From IMG/VR virus record IMGVR_UViG_3300026187_000088, positions 1 to 24,480 of that record: DNA of 24,480 bases; one strand, given 5' to 3'. The notes under the pieces were generated by a model, which saw only the letters and a list, made by a program, of their open reading frames with translations, did no database searches and was not told the origin of the DNA. Source of the DNA: a virus. Taxonomy: Duplodnaviria; Caudoviricetes. This document shows, piece by piece, positions 7,400-15,859 of this stretch (its first letter is position 1; each line of letters opens with the position of its first letter). The translations under genes were made by a program, and so were the position numbers.

Positions 7400-8021
7400 A
7401 ATAATTGTTTTAAACTACAAAAGACCTGATAATGTTCGTGCTATTTGTGATGCATTTCATCGAACTGTTCCAATAACTGTTATAAATAATAATCCTTATG
7501 AAACCTTTGAGTATCGTTCTCGTAAGGTAACGGTAATAAATAATGACAGTAATAAATATTGCATAGAACGTTGGTTACAGTGTTATAACTATACAGAGCC
7601 TTTTAAATTAATATTAGATGATGATTTAGTTCCTTCTCCTTTATTAATACAAAAGTTAAAGCGAAGAAATCAACCGCTAATAGGTATTTATGGAAAATCA
7701 GGTGTAGATAAGGCTAAAAAATATAATGATTTACGAGATCATTGGTGTAATAATTCACGTGTTGATTTTCTTGTGGGTTCTGTTTTAATGGTAAAACAAG
7801 AAGCTCTTGATGCCATAAAAGAAGATCTACTGACTTTTAAAGGGTTAAAGAGGGGTGATGATATAGTTGTAAGTTATTTAGTCAAAAAATATTATAAACT
7901 TGAAAATCTAGATACTGTAGTTGGTAAGGTATTAAATTTGCCAGAAGGAAATGTAGGTCTTAATCGTCATCCTGACCACTTTAAACTGCGCTGGGAGGTG
8001 CTTCAACAGTGTCTGAATTAA
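7392..8021 (+). CDS. GT-A fold glycosyltransferase (GT2/GT64-like)
   Basis: N-terminal IIVLNYKR nucleotide-sugar-binding strand, VINNN, ILDDDL (DxD) motif and GDDIVVS catalytic-region motif. Confidence 0.75.
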   Translation: MLRIIVLNYKRPDNVRAICDAFHRTVPITVINNNPYETFEYRSRKVTVINNDSNKYCIERWLQCYNYTEPFKLILDDDLVPSPLLIQKLKRRNQPLIGIYGKSGVDKAKKYNDLRDHWCNNSRVDFLVGSVLMVKQEALDAIKEDLLTFKGLKRGDDIVVSYLVKKYYKLENLDTVVGKVLNLPEGNVGLNRHPDHFKLRWEVLQQCLN

Positions 8022-8386
8022 AAAGATTTCCAATAAAATATATAAGAGATTATATTAAAAAAGATTATAAATTACGAGATGAGTGTTATATTTGCGGTTC
8101 AACAGAAAAATTAGAACTTCATCATCTGTTTTCAGTCAGTCAACTATTTGAAAACTGGTGCGCAGAAAATAAGGTGAGTGAAATTGATACTGTTGAAAAA
8201 ATTACTTCCCTTCGTGAGAATTTTGCTATAGACTGTAAGGAAAGTTTAGACCATCATAATCTTTATACTTTGTGTAAATCTCACCACGTGAGGTTACACA
8301 CTATATATGGTCAAAGATATTCAAATCATTTAGTACCAAAAATTAAAAACTGGTTAGAAATTCAGAGAGAAAAAAATGGCAGATGA
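8009..8386 (+). CDS. HNH endonuclease, T5-type nicking/packaging nuclease
   Basis: LKR.PIKYIRD, CYICG..EKLELHH and LYTLCKSHH..LH..YG motifs; position between terL and portal as in T5. Confidence 0.85.
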   Translation: MSELKRFPIKYIRDYIKKDYKLRDECYICGSTEKLELHHLFSVSQLFENWCAENKVSEIDTVEKITSLRENFAIDCKESLDHHNLYTLCKSHHVRLHTIYGQRYSNHLVPKIKNWLEIQREKNGR

Positions 8387-9632
8387 AGATAGAAAGACTT
8401 GGAGAGAATGGGCAGCTGAAAAGCTTAATCCAGCACAACCCTCAATCTCATCTTTAGAACCTTTTGCACTTCCCGAAACAATTGTAGATTTTGAACAAGC
8501 TTATCGTGAGATTGAGGTTGTCCATCGTGCAGTTGAAATGAATATTAATGCCATGAATGAGATTCCGCTCATAGTTGATGGTGGTGCTTCAAAAAAAGTA
8601 AATAAGATACTTAATGTAAAACCGAACCCCTTTGAAGACCGAGCTAGATTTTTTAGGCGTGCTTTTTTAGACTTTCATTTAGATGGTAACGCTTTCTTTT
8701 ACTACGATGGAGCAGATCTCTACCTTCTCCCAGCAAATGATGTGGAAGTAGTCCCAGATTCAAAAACTTTTGTTTCTCATTATAACTATATAGTATCAAA
8801 CCAACAACAAAGTGATTATTATGGCTTTGGAAGAGGTGCTCAAACACGTAAGGCTGAATCAATTCAGTTTGCTCCACAAGAAATAATTCATGTTATGAAT
8901 GAGAATGAAAATTCAATTTTTAGAGGCACATCAAAGCTTAAACCTATTCTAAATTTAATGGAGCTTTACTTCTACATGATTAAGTTCCAACGTCAATTCT
9001 TTAAAAATAATGCTCTTCCAGGTTTTGTTCTTACTACAGACAATATTTTATCAAAACGAGTCAAAGAACGTCTATTAGAATCTTGGAGATCTAACTATAC
9101 AACTCTTTTTGATGGTGCTCGTAATCCTGCAATTTTAGACGGCGGTTTAAAGATTGATGAATTCTCAACAAAGTCTTTCGACCAGCTTGATTTTGAAAAT
9201 TCAATTGAACGTATTCAACAAGATATGTCTAAAGCTCTTGGCGTGCCTTATGTTTTATTAAAATCAGGTAATAATGCAAACATTGATGCTAATCAAAAGT
9301 TGTACTATCAACATACTATTCTACCTATGTTAACTCAGTTTTGTTCCGCGTTTCAACATTTCTTTAATGGGGGAGTTACTGTTCGTCCAGACAAGCTTTC
9401 AGTTCCTGCACTTCAACCAGATAATAGAACACAGGCTGTATATTACTCTACTCTGGTTAATACAGGAATTATTACCCCAAATGAAGCTCGTGAAGGATTA
9501 AGATTTCCAAAACTTGAAAATAATGATAACATAAGAGTACCACAAAACATCACAGGTAGCGCTACAGATGCTACTCAAGGTGGAAGACCCTCATCCGAGG
9601 AATCTATTAATGAGGAAGTACCCAATGAATAA
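8376..9632 (+). CDS. Portal protein (HK97/T5 pb7-like)
   Basis: EKLNPAQP, LNVKPNPF, LDGNAF, EIIHV, FFKNNALPG, ALGVP, GIITPNEAR, P.NITGSA...GGRP motifs. Confidence 0.95.
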   Translation: MADEDRKTWREWAAEKLNPAQPSISSLEPFALPETIVDFEQAYREIEVVHRAVEMNINAMNEIPLIVDGGASKKVNKILNVKPNPFEDRARFFRRAFLDFHLDGNAFFYYDGADLYLLPANDVEVVPDSKTFVSHYNYIVSNQQQSDYYGFGRGAQTRKAESIQFAPQEIIHVMNENENSIFRGTSKLKPILNLMELYFYMIKFQRQFFKNNALPGFVLTTDNILSKRVKERLLESWRSNYTTLFDGARNPAILDGGLKIDEFSTKSFDQLDFENSIERIQQDMSKALGVPYVLLKSGNNANIDANQKLYYQHTILPMLTQFCSAFQHFFNGGVTVRPDKLSVPALQPDNRTQAVYYSTLVNTGIITPNEAREGLRFPKLENNDNIRVPQNITGSATDATQGGRPSSEESINEEVPNE

Positions 9633-12354
9633 AACATTTTATCTTAACAGTGCTTTCGAAAATAAAGGCATTTCTAAAAAAACTCGTGGTCTTAAAATCG
9701 CGGGTTATGCTAATACTATCGTTAAAGATCGTGCTGGTGATGTTGTAACAGCAGAAGCATGGGCTAAAGGAGTAAATAACTTTCTCCGAAATCCTGTTAT
9801 GCTTTATCAGCACAAGCATGATTGTCCAATTGGACGCTTTGACCAAGTAAAGGTTGATAAGAAAGGCATTTATGTAGAAGGAACTGTGAGTGATGCTGCT
9901 GAAAAGAATCACGGCGTTCAGACACTCATTAGAGATGGAGCTCTTAAGAGCTTTTCCGTTGGATTCAGAGTAAAAGATGGTAAATATAATCGTGAAGATG
10001 ATTCTATGTTGATTACAGATGTTGAGCTGTTAGAAATTTCAGTTGTCTCTGTACCTTGCAATCAAGATTCATTATTTTCGATTCGTAAATCTTTTGACAA
10101 TGAAGATGAGTACAACGAATTTAAAAAATCTTTAAAAACAGCTTCTGAAGAAGAAGTAAAAATGATGCGTAAAATAAAAGCAGGAATCACCGATATGAGC
10201 GACGGTCATTACCACACAGTCGAAATGGACGAAAAAGGTAATGGTGTAACGACCTACGCATCGCACATGAAAAACCATGCTCATAAAATTGTTGGTGGTG
10301 TTGTGTTGGAGGCCGAAGGTCATACACATGATATTACCATGTCTGGTGTTCCAGTCCACAATATGGAGGAGGGCGAGGTTATTAACGAACGTCCAATGTC
10401 TCCAACCGAGGAGGAAGCAATGAGTAACTCAAAATCTGAGGAAGTTGTTGAAACTAAAGCTGAAGAAGCTGAAGTAGAAACAACAGAACTTGAAGTTACT
10501 GCTGAAACCGAAATAGAAACAACAGAAGAAAAAACTGTTGAAGATATAGAGGAAAAAGCAGAGACTGACGAGATTGAAGTCAAAGCTAACGCCGAGGAAG
10601 CTATTGAAGACGAGATGGAGAAGGATGATTCAGAAGAAGACGAGTTTGTAGCTCGTGATCCTAATGAGTCTATCCCGTTTGTTAATTTGCTTTCCGCAGA
10701 CGCAAACTCACTTCAAAATGGAGACCTTGTAAATTATAATGAAAAAATGTACAAGGTCGCAAAGATCGCTACCGCCCAATCGCCAATCTTTAAATTTTTA
10801 GAGGTTGACGCAGAAGGCAATGATTGTGATAATGTTCTTAATGTGAATGCAGATGATCTTTCACAATCAAATCAAATTCAAAAAAGTGAAGACACGGTTT
10901 CTAACGAAAGTCTGACTAATGAGCTTCACGATCATTCTACAAAGGAGAACGACAACATGGCTGACCAAGTCGTAGATACAATCGACCTCGATACTGTTGC
11001 TAAAGAAGCCAATATCGAAGTTAACAAAGAAGCTACTCCAGTAGCTGAAGTGTCTGAGCCTCAAGTTGCAGAACTGGTTAAAAAGACCGGTGAAGCTATT
11101 ATGAAAGAGTCAGACGCTCAAGATATGCAGAATCTTAAAGAAGAAAAAACTGCATATACCCCAAAAGAATCTGAAGAAGTTGCTGAACTTAAAGCTCAGA
11201 TGAGCAAGTATCAGGAAGAAATTAACGCTCTTCAGCGTTCAAAAATGCATTATCAAGAACAGTCCCGTAAGGAACAGTTCTCTGAAAAAGAAATGGCTAA
11301 TGCTGTAATGCTTGCTAAAATGCTTAACAAACGTGACGTATTCGATACCAAAATTGGTAATCGTATGAAAGCTGTCACATCTGTTGATCAGTTCCTTAGC
11401 AACTTCTCAAGCAACATTTACACTGAAATGGAACAGCAGCTCGTTGTAGCTCCTCTGTTCAACCGTGTATCTGTTGACGCGAAAACATTCCGCGTACCAG
11501 TCGCTGATGAAGACACCGATGGTGATGTAGCACAATTTGCTTCTGGCACATTTGCTACAGGCATTGCCGATGCAACTCGCGTACCAACCTCAAACCAGAA
11601 CACCATTAGCTCTGTGGACTTTACTCCACACAAGTTTATGGCAACCACCCACCTCGCAAAAGACGAAGAAGAAGATACCGTTCTTCCTCTGCTCGACTTC
11701 TTGCGTGCAGCTGCAACTCGTCGTTTAGCACGTGCTATCGATAAGTCAATCCTTCGTGGTACTGGTGCTTTGACTGGCTTTACAGCACAACCTACCAACG
11801 CTATTACAGCTGGTACTGGTTATGCTTCTGTCATCGAAGGTATCACTAACCTGACAGGTGATGTCGGTGCTGGCTTGACCGTTGACACTGGTTCTGCTAA
11901 CGATAAAGCTGATCCTTCAGACATCGCTGCAGCTCGTACAAAGCTTGGTAAATATGGTCTTCAGCTTGGTAATGACCTTGTGTACCTTACCACTATTGAA
12001 GGTTATAACAACCTTGTAACAACTTCTGACTTCCAGACAGTTGACAAGTTTGGTCCAAACGCTACCTACCTCACAGGTTCAGTTGGTGCCGTTTACGGTA
12101 TTCCAATTGCAATCACTGAATTCTTGGATGTTGTCGGTTCTACCAACAACGACCTTGGTGTCCTGCTTTATAAGCCTGGCTTTATGATTGCAGAACGTCG
12201 TGGTATCGAGATTGAGAGTGAGTACGAACCACGTCAGCAGGTTACTGCTATGTACATGAGCACTCGTATTGACTTTAAAGCTCTTACAACCAATGCAAGT
12301 TCAGCTCTGGATGCTACTAAGTACCCATATGCTGTTACTGTTGAAGCTGGTTAA
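9625..12354 (+). CDS. Fused prohead protease (HK97/S78-type) - acidic linker - major capsid protein (909 aa)
   Basis: IAGYAN...DRAGDVV, NPVMLYQH, SFSVGFRV, ELLEISVVSVPCNQDSLFS (protease); HK97-fold capsid C-terminal half (GSVGAVYGIPI). Start moved from 9568 to ATG 9625, which has SD GAGG and overlaps the portal stop. Confidence 0.93.
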   Translation: MNKTFYLNSAFENKGISKKTRGLKIAGYANTIVKDRAGDVVTAEAWAKGVNNFLRNPVMLYQHKHDCPIGRFDQVKVDKKGIYVEGTVSDAAEKNHGVQTLIRDGALKSFSVGFRVKDGKYNREDDSMLITDVELLEISVVSVPCNQDSLFSIRKSFDNEDEYNEFKKSLKTASEEEVKMMRKIKAGITDMSDGHYHTVEMDEKGNGVTTYASHMKNHAHKIVGGVVLEAEGHTHDITMSGVPVHNMEEGEVINERPMSPTEEEAMSNSKSEEVVETKAEEAEVETTELEVTAETEIETTEEKTVEDIEEKAETDEIEVKANAEEAIEDEMEKDDSEEDEFVARDPNESIPFVNLLSADANSLQNGDLVNYNEKMYKVAKIATAQSPIFKFLEVDAEGNDCDNVLNVNADDLSQSNQIQKSEDTVSNESLTNELHDHSTKENDNMADQVVDTIDLDTVAKEANIEVNKEATPVAEVSEPQVAELVKKTGEAIMKESDAQDMQNLKEEKTAYTPKESEEVAELKAQMSKYQEEINALQRSKMHYQEQSRKEQFSEKEMANAVMLAKMLNKRDVFDTKIGNRMKAVTSVDQFLSNFSSNIYTEMEQQLVVAPLFNRVSVDAKTFRVPVADEDTDGDVAQFASGTFATGIADATRVPTSNQNTISSVDFTPHKFMATTHLAKDEEEDTVLPLLDFLRAAATRRLARAIDKSILRGTGALTGFTAQPTNAITAGTGYASVIEGITNLTGDVGAGLTVDTGSANDKADPSDIAAARTKLGKYGLQLGNDLVYLTTIEGYNNLVTTSDFQTVDKFGPNATYLTGSVGAVYGIPIAITEFLDVVGSTNNDLGVLLYKPGFMIAERRGIEIESEYEPRQQVTAMYMSTRIDFKALTTNASSALDATKYPYAVTVEAG
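10805..10833 (+). promoter_or_regulatory. Putative intragenic promoter upstream of the capsid moiety
   Basis: TTGACG-N14-TG-T-GATAAT with a 17-nt spacer, about 125 nt upstream of the internal start at 10957. Confidence 0.6.
10957..12354 (+). CDS. Major capsid protein from an in-frame internal start (465 aa, N-terminal coiled-coil delta/scaffold domain)
   Basis: AAAGGAG-N9-ATG in frame (MADQVVDTIDL...); size close to T5 pb8 precursor; coiled coil EVAELKAQMSKYQEEINALQ. Confidence 0.75.
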   Translation: MADQVVDTIDLDTVAKEANIEVNKEATPVAEVSEPQVAELVKKTGEAIMKESDAQDMQNLKEEKTAYTPKESEEVAELKAQMSKYQEEINALQRSKMHYQEQSRKEQFSEKEMANAVMLAKMLNKRDVFDTKIGNRMKAVTSVDQFLSNFSSNIYTEMEQQLVVAPLFNRVSVDAKTFRVPVADEDTDGDVAQFASGTFATGIADATRVPTSNQNTISSVDFTPHKFMATTHLAKDEEEDTVLPLLDFLRAAATRRLARAIDKSILRGTGALTGFTAQPTNAITAGTGYASVIEGITNLTGDVGAGLTVDTGSANDKADPSDIAAARTKLGKYGLQLGNDLVYLTTIEGYNNLVTTSDFQTVDKFGPNATYLTGSVGAVYGIPIAITEFLDVVGSTNNDLGVLLYKPGFMIAERRGIEIESEYEPRQQVTAMYMSTRIDFKALTTNASSALDATKYPYAVTVEAG

Positions 12355-12382
12355 TCTTAGATTAAACATCTTTGAACTACAC

Positions 12383-12410
12383 AGGGGGAGGCGGTCATCG
12401 CCTCCCTTTT
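12383..12410 (+). terminator. Rho-independent terminator after the capsid gene
   Basis: GGGAGGCG (12386-12393) / CGCCTCCC (12399-12406) stem followed by TTTT. Confidence 0.85.
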
Positions 12411-12428
12411 CATTATAAGGAGAATAAT

Positions 12429-12641
12429 ATGTCTAAAATTCCAAGTGATATTACAACTGCAGAAGCAGCCCGTCATTGGTTACGAGTAAATGGTCACAGT
12501 GTAGAAAAAACTGAAGCTCTTGTAGCCGAGTGGATTAATTCTGGACCAGACTTAGCAGCAGCCCCCGCTCCTGTTGAAGAAGAAGCAGCAGATGAAGAAG
12601 AACAATCTTCAACTTCTATTTGGAAATCTAAAAAGAAATAA
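12429..12641 (+). CDS. Hypothetical 70-aa protein between capsid and head-completion genes
   Basis: SD AAGGAG before ATG 12429 (MSKIPSDITT...); helical N-terminus, acidic linker, basic IWKSKKK tail. Confidence 0.75.
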   Translation: MSKIPSDITTAEAARHWLRVNGHSVEKTEALVAEWINSGPDLAAAPAPVEEEAADEEEQSSTSIWKSKKK

Positions 12642-12652
12642 GTGAGAGATAA

Positions 12653-13987
12653 ATGGTAGATCGTTTAGAAGAGAATCAAGGAAAATATCCTTATGTAACA
12701 CTAGCTCAGGTAAAAGATTACTTGAGCATTTCTTCCAATACTCAAGATGCTCGTTTATCTAACATCATCAATTATGCAACTGGTGTAGTAGAGCACTATA
12801 TCGGGCAAGAAATTTTAGCTAATGATTATGTAGAGGTATTTGATGGAGGGAAATCCTCTGTCATGATTTCTCGTCTTCCACTTTCTAATGTATATCAAGT
12901 AACAGAGTTCAATGGGTCAGAGGATGTAATTTTAGCTGACCCAACTACCATTGGGCGCCCTGTAAGAACTCAAGACACTCAAGCAGTTTCTTTAAGTTTT
13001 AAAAACGATGCACACTTAAATTCAAGAGTAAAAAAGTTTGGAAAATCTTCTCTCGAAGTAGATTTAAATGATTTAGTTTCAGGTGACATTCCTGAAAATT
13101 TAGAATTCGAAGATGGTGATTTTACAGTTGAATTATTTGTTCGCAGTGATAAAGCGACTCCACCTCAAAACAACCTTATCAGATTTAACACAGATGCGAC
13201 AAATTATATGGAATTTGGTTTTGATGCTAACGATACAACAATTTTTCAAAGTCGTTTTGGAGGAGCTGCTACTTTAGTAAGAGGTACAGGAGTTACAACA
13301 ACTGCGAATTATGTTCCAAGATTTTTTACACACGTAGCATGGTCTTTTGATTCACAAAATCAACGACTATATACTCATTTAAATGGTAATTTATTTACTA
13401 ATGCAAGTTATACTGAATCAAACCACACTTTTACAGCAAATGTGGAGATAGGCGGTAATTTTGCTGGATATATTGATGAAGTAAGATTCTCTAATAAAGC
13501 TCGATATAAAGAAGCTACTATTACTCCTCCAACACAGCGTTTTAGACCAGATGGTGAAACTGTATTTCTGTGTCATTTTGATGGAAAAAACGGTGCTACA
13601 GAAGCAAAAGATGCTCATAATGCTACAAATGAATATAATTTCTCTCGTGATATGGGCGAAGTAACTCGTGATACAGGTGCCGTTGGAGTAAGAGGCTCAT
13701 ACCCAACAGTTCGTAACAACTATCCAGCAATGACTTTATCCGGTCCTCCTTCGTTTGCACCATTTCCTTCAGGAGTAAAAGTAGAATACCGTGCAGGATA
13801 TGAGTCTGCTGATGTTCCACAAGATATTCAACTTGCTACACTTGACATGATTAAACTACTCTACAAACAAGATCAAGAGAAAAAAGGTTTCTCATTTGAG
13901 GGAGAACGCGGAGATAATTATCCTTTAGCTGGAAACTTTCCTCCACATATTCGCCGTATTCTAGATCTATATAGGATTATTTCATAG
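12653..13987 (+). CDS. Head completion / head-tail connector (T5 p144-like) with inserted LamG (ConA-like) domain
   Basis: YVTLAQVKDYL..I....QDARL N-terminus and VKVEYRAGY..VPQDIQLA...FPPHIRRILDLYR C-terminus flank KFGKSSL..DFTVE..HVAW..GYIDEVRFS..ARY. Confidence 0.85.
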   Translation: MVDRLEENQGKYPYVTLAQVKDYLSISSNTQDARLSNIINYATGVVEHYIGQEILANDYVEVFDGGKSSVMISRLPLSNVYQVTEFNGSEDVILADPTTIGRPVRTQDTQAVSLSFKNDAHLNSRVKKFGKSSLEVDLNDLVSGDIPENLEFEDGDFTVELFVRSDKATPPQNNLIRFNTDATNYMEFGFDANDTTIFQSRFGGAATLVRGTGVTTTANYVPRFFTHVAWSFDSQNQRLYTHLNGNLFTNASYTESNHTFTANVEIGGNFAGYIDEVRFSNKARYKEATITPPTQRFRPDGETVFLCHFDGKNGATEAKDAHNATNEYNFSRDMGEVTRDTGAVGVRGSYPTVRNNYPAMTLSGPPSFAPFPSGVKVEYRAGYESADVPQDIQLATLDMIKLLYKQDQEKKGFSFEGERGDNYPLAGNFPPHIRRILDLYRIIS

Positions 13988-15396
13988 TGGCACGTCCAGT
14001 TTTACGTAGGAAAAATCCAAACTTAGCAGCATTAGGTAAATCATCTGCAGTCAAAGGAAAAATGACTGTTGATATAAATTCTCCTATTGTTCCAGGACGT
14101 GCTCTTGCTCTTCGTAAAAAATATGATAAAGAAACCACTGCTCTAAGAAACGTTGCTATACGAATTGTATCTGATTTTATATCTGAAGAACTTGTAGGAT
14201 TTGGTAAAAAGCTAACAAAACAACAAGAAGCTGCTTTTGCTACACCTAAAGCAGCTCCTGACGGTGTTGTTGATGTTAATGAATTTGAACGAACAACAGG
14301 TCAAAGAATTTCTCAGACTAATGTTTTAAAAGGCACAGCAGCTAGAAATGTAGGGTTTTTTGAAGCTAAATTAAAAGGATTAGGTCAAACTGCTGAACCT
14401 GAGATTACTTCTGTAAGTATTGGTAGAGCTTCAGGTCAATTTGAAGAAGTTACCAGCGCTTTACGGCAGGGAGGAACAAAAGGACTGACAGGTGCTGCTG
14501 CCGTTAATTTATTGTTTTCACCTTCTTTAATAAAACAAAGAGAAGCTTTATTAACACAGACTAAACAAAAGTTTGAAAACTTTTTGTTAATTCAGGTAAC
14601 AGATGCAGATAAAAAACCTACGCAAGAATTGCTTTTTTCTCCAACTCCTCTTGCAGGTGTAAGATTTGATGAAGCATATTTAAATCAATATTTTGATGTA
14701 CGATTTCGTAGTGCTTACTTTGGGTCTAAATCTCCAAAAGCTGGAGAGATAGAAAGATATCGAGTTTCTATAACACCAAAACCCTCTCTTTTTAACTCTT
14801 TTAAATTAGCTCCTATAACAAAAAAAGTATTTGAAACTCAAAAGAAGGCTGGATTTAAAGTTTCAAGTGAGTTTGATAAGTATATAAGAAAAAGAGGTGC
14901 TGAACTTTCAGCTAAAGGAACTTCTAAAGACAAGGTTGACAGAATTTTAGGTTTTTTAATTGCTTTTGCAGAAGAGTTTAAAGAAGGCGGATTGACCCCT
15001 CTTACAATAAAAACTAAAATTCAACAGCCAAAAGTCTCCAAAATTCCAGGCTTTAATATTGCTGTTAAAGGTAATCAGCGTCAGAAAACACAAAAATTTA
15101 TTTCTGGAGCTCAAATATCAGCTCTTGTTCGTAAAAGACTTGGCGATAAAATGCCAAAAGGCCCTAGAAGAGGGCCACCACTGGCTGCTGATATTTTAAC
15201 TGAACGTTCAGGTCGTTTTAGATCGAGTGTCCAGGTTATACCAGATTACAGAAGATCTGTTATGGCATTCTTTTATGACCCTATTTATAGAGTATTTAAT
15301 AATACTCCAAGAGACCCTGACAGATTTGTTGGTGAAACAGTTCGTGAAGTAGTGCAGGGACTGTATAGCAGAGCATTTTATATAACGAGAACATAA
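13987..15396 (+). CDS. Tail completion / neck protein (T5 p143-like), basic, 469 aa
   Basis: GTG start overlaps the upstream TAG; C-terminal LTERSGRFRSSV...Y..F...RDP...V.E.VREV motif; synteny. Confidence 0.7.
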   Translation: MARPVLRRKNPNLAALGKSSAVKGKMTVDINSPIVPGRALALRKKYDKETTALRNVAIRIVSDFISEELVGFGKKLTKQQEAAFATPKAAPDGVVDVNEFERTTGQRISQTNVLKGTAARNVGFFEAKLKGLGQTAEPEITSVSIGRASGQFEEVTSALRQGGTKGLTGAAAVNLLFSPSLIKQREALLTQTKQKFENFLLIQVTDADKKPTQELLFSPTPLAGVRFDEAYLNQYFDVRFRSAYFGSKSPKAGEIERYRVSITPKPSLFNSFKLAPITKKVFETQKKAGFKVSSEFDKYIRKRGAELSAKGTSKDKVDRILGFLIAFAEEFKEGGLTPLTIKTKIQQPKVSKIPGFNIAVKGNQRQKTQKFISGAQISALVRKRLGDKMPKGPRRGPPLAADILTERSGRFRSSVQVIPDYRRSVMAFFYDPIYRVFNNTPRDPDRFVGETVREVVQGLYSRAFYITRT

Positions 15397-15848
15397 TGGC
15401 ATCTAGACGCAAAGAAATTGTAGAGTATATAGTAACACAACTAAAACAAATTGATGGAGAAACCTCTGGTTTTAACCCATCATATACGTATTTTAATAAC
15501 CTCTTTAATAATGTTTTTCGCAAGTTGAAGTTTTTAGATGAAGTAAACGATTTTCCATCTATTTACGTCAGCGCTGGTACCGAAATTAGAGATTTTAATT
15601 CTAAAAGTTTGACGGTAGGAACATTAGACGTTACCATAAGAGCATACGTATTTGGAGAAGATAATTCTCAAAACCTCTCTGATAGCTTAGTTCAAGATAT
15701 TGAACATGTTATTTATTCATTAGGGGACAATCCTGATAAAGGGATATTAGATATAACCATAGATAATATTTCTACTGATGAAGGATTAGCCACTCCTTAT
15801 GGGCTCGCAGAGGTAGAACTAACAATAGTCTATAGAATAGACGGATAA
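15396..15848 (+). CDS. Tail terminator (T5 p142-like)
   Basis: SRRKEIV, LKFLDEVNDFPSIYV.AG.E.R, IRAYV, DIEHVI, ISTDEG.L.PYG.AE; lies directly before the tail tube. Confidence 0.85.
   Translation: MASRRKEIVEYIVTQLKQIDGETSGFNPSYTYFNNLFNNVFRKLKFLDEVNDFPSIYVSAGTEIRDFNSKSLTVGTLDVTIRAYVFGEDNSQNLSDSLVQDIEHVIYSLGDNPDKGILDITIDNISTDEGLATPYGLAEVELTIVYRIDG
15609..15637 (+). promoter_or_regulatory. Putative intragenic promoter for the tail tube gene
   Basis: TTGACG-N17-TACCAT preceded by an A/T tract, about 220 nt upstream of the tail tube ATG. Confidence 0.55.
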
Positions 15849-15859
15849 GGAGAAAAGGG

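Noticed and set aside
8193-8221. Possible promoter TTGAAA-N17-GAGAAT upstream of the portal
   Set aside because: Both boxes deviate from consensus; too likely by chance in AT-rich sequence.
6152-8386. Intein or intron in terL, or a mobile homing role for the HNH gene
   Set aside because: TerL is compact and uninterrupted; the HNH sits at the conserved T5-like terL-portal position.
9568-9624. Track start of the protease-capsid ORF at 9568
   Set aside because: It overlaps the portal by 65 nt with no SD; ATG 9625 has an SD and a normal short overlap.
12351-12365. Palindrome TTAATC-TTA-GATTAA matching the TTAA-N7-TTAA CtrA-box pattern
   Set aside because: Single instance at a stop codon in AT-rich DNA, not tied to a promoter; chance or a weak hairpin is as likely.
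12372-12428. Track start at TTG 12372
   Set aside because: It runs through the terminator hairpin; ATG 12429 has a strong AAGGAG.
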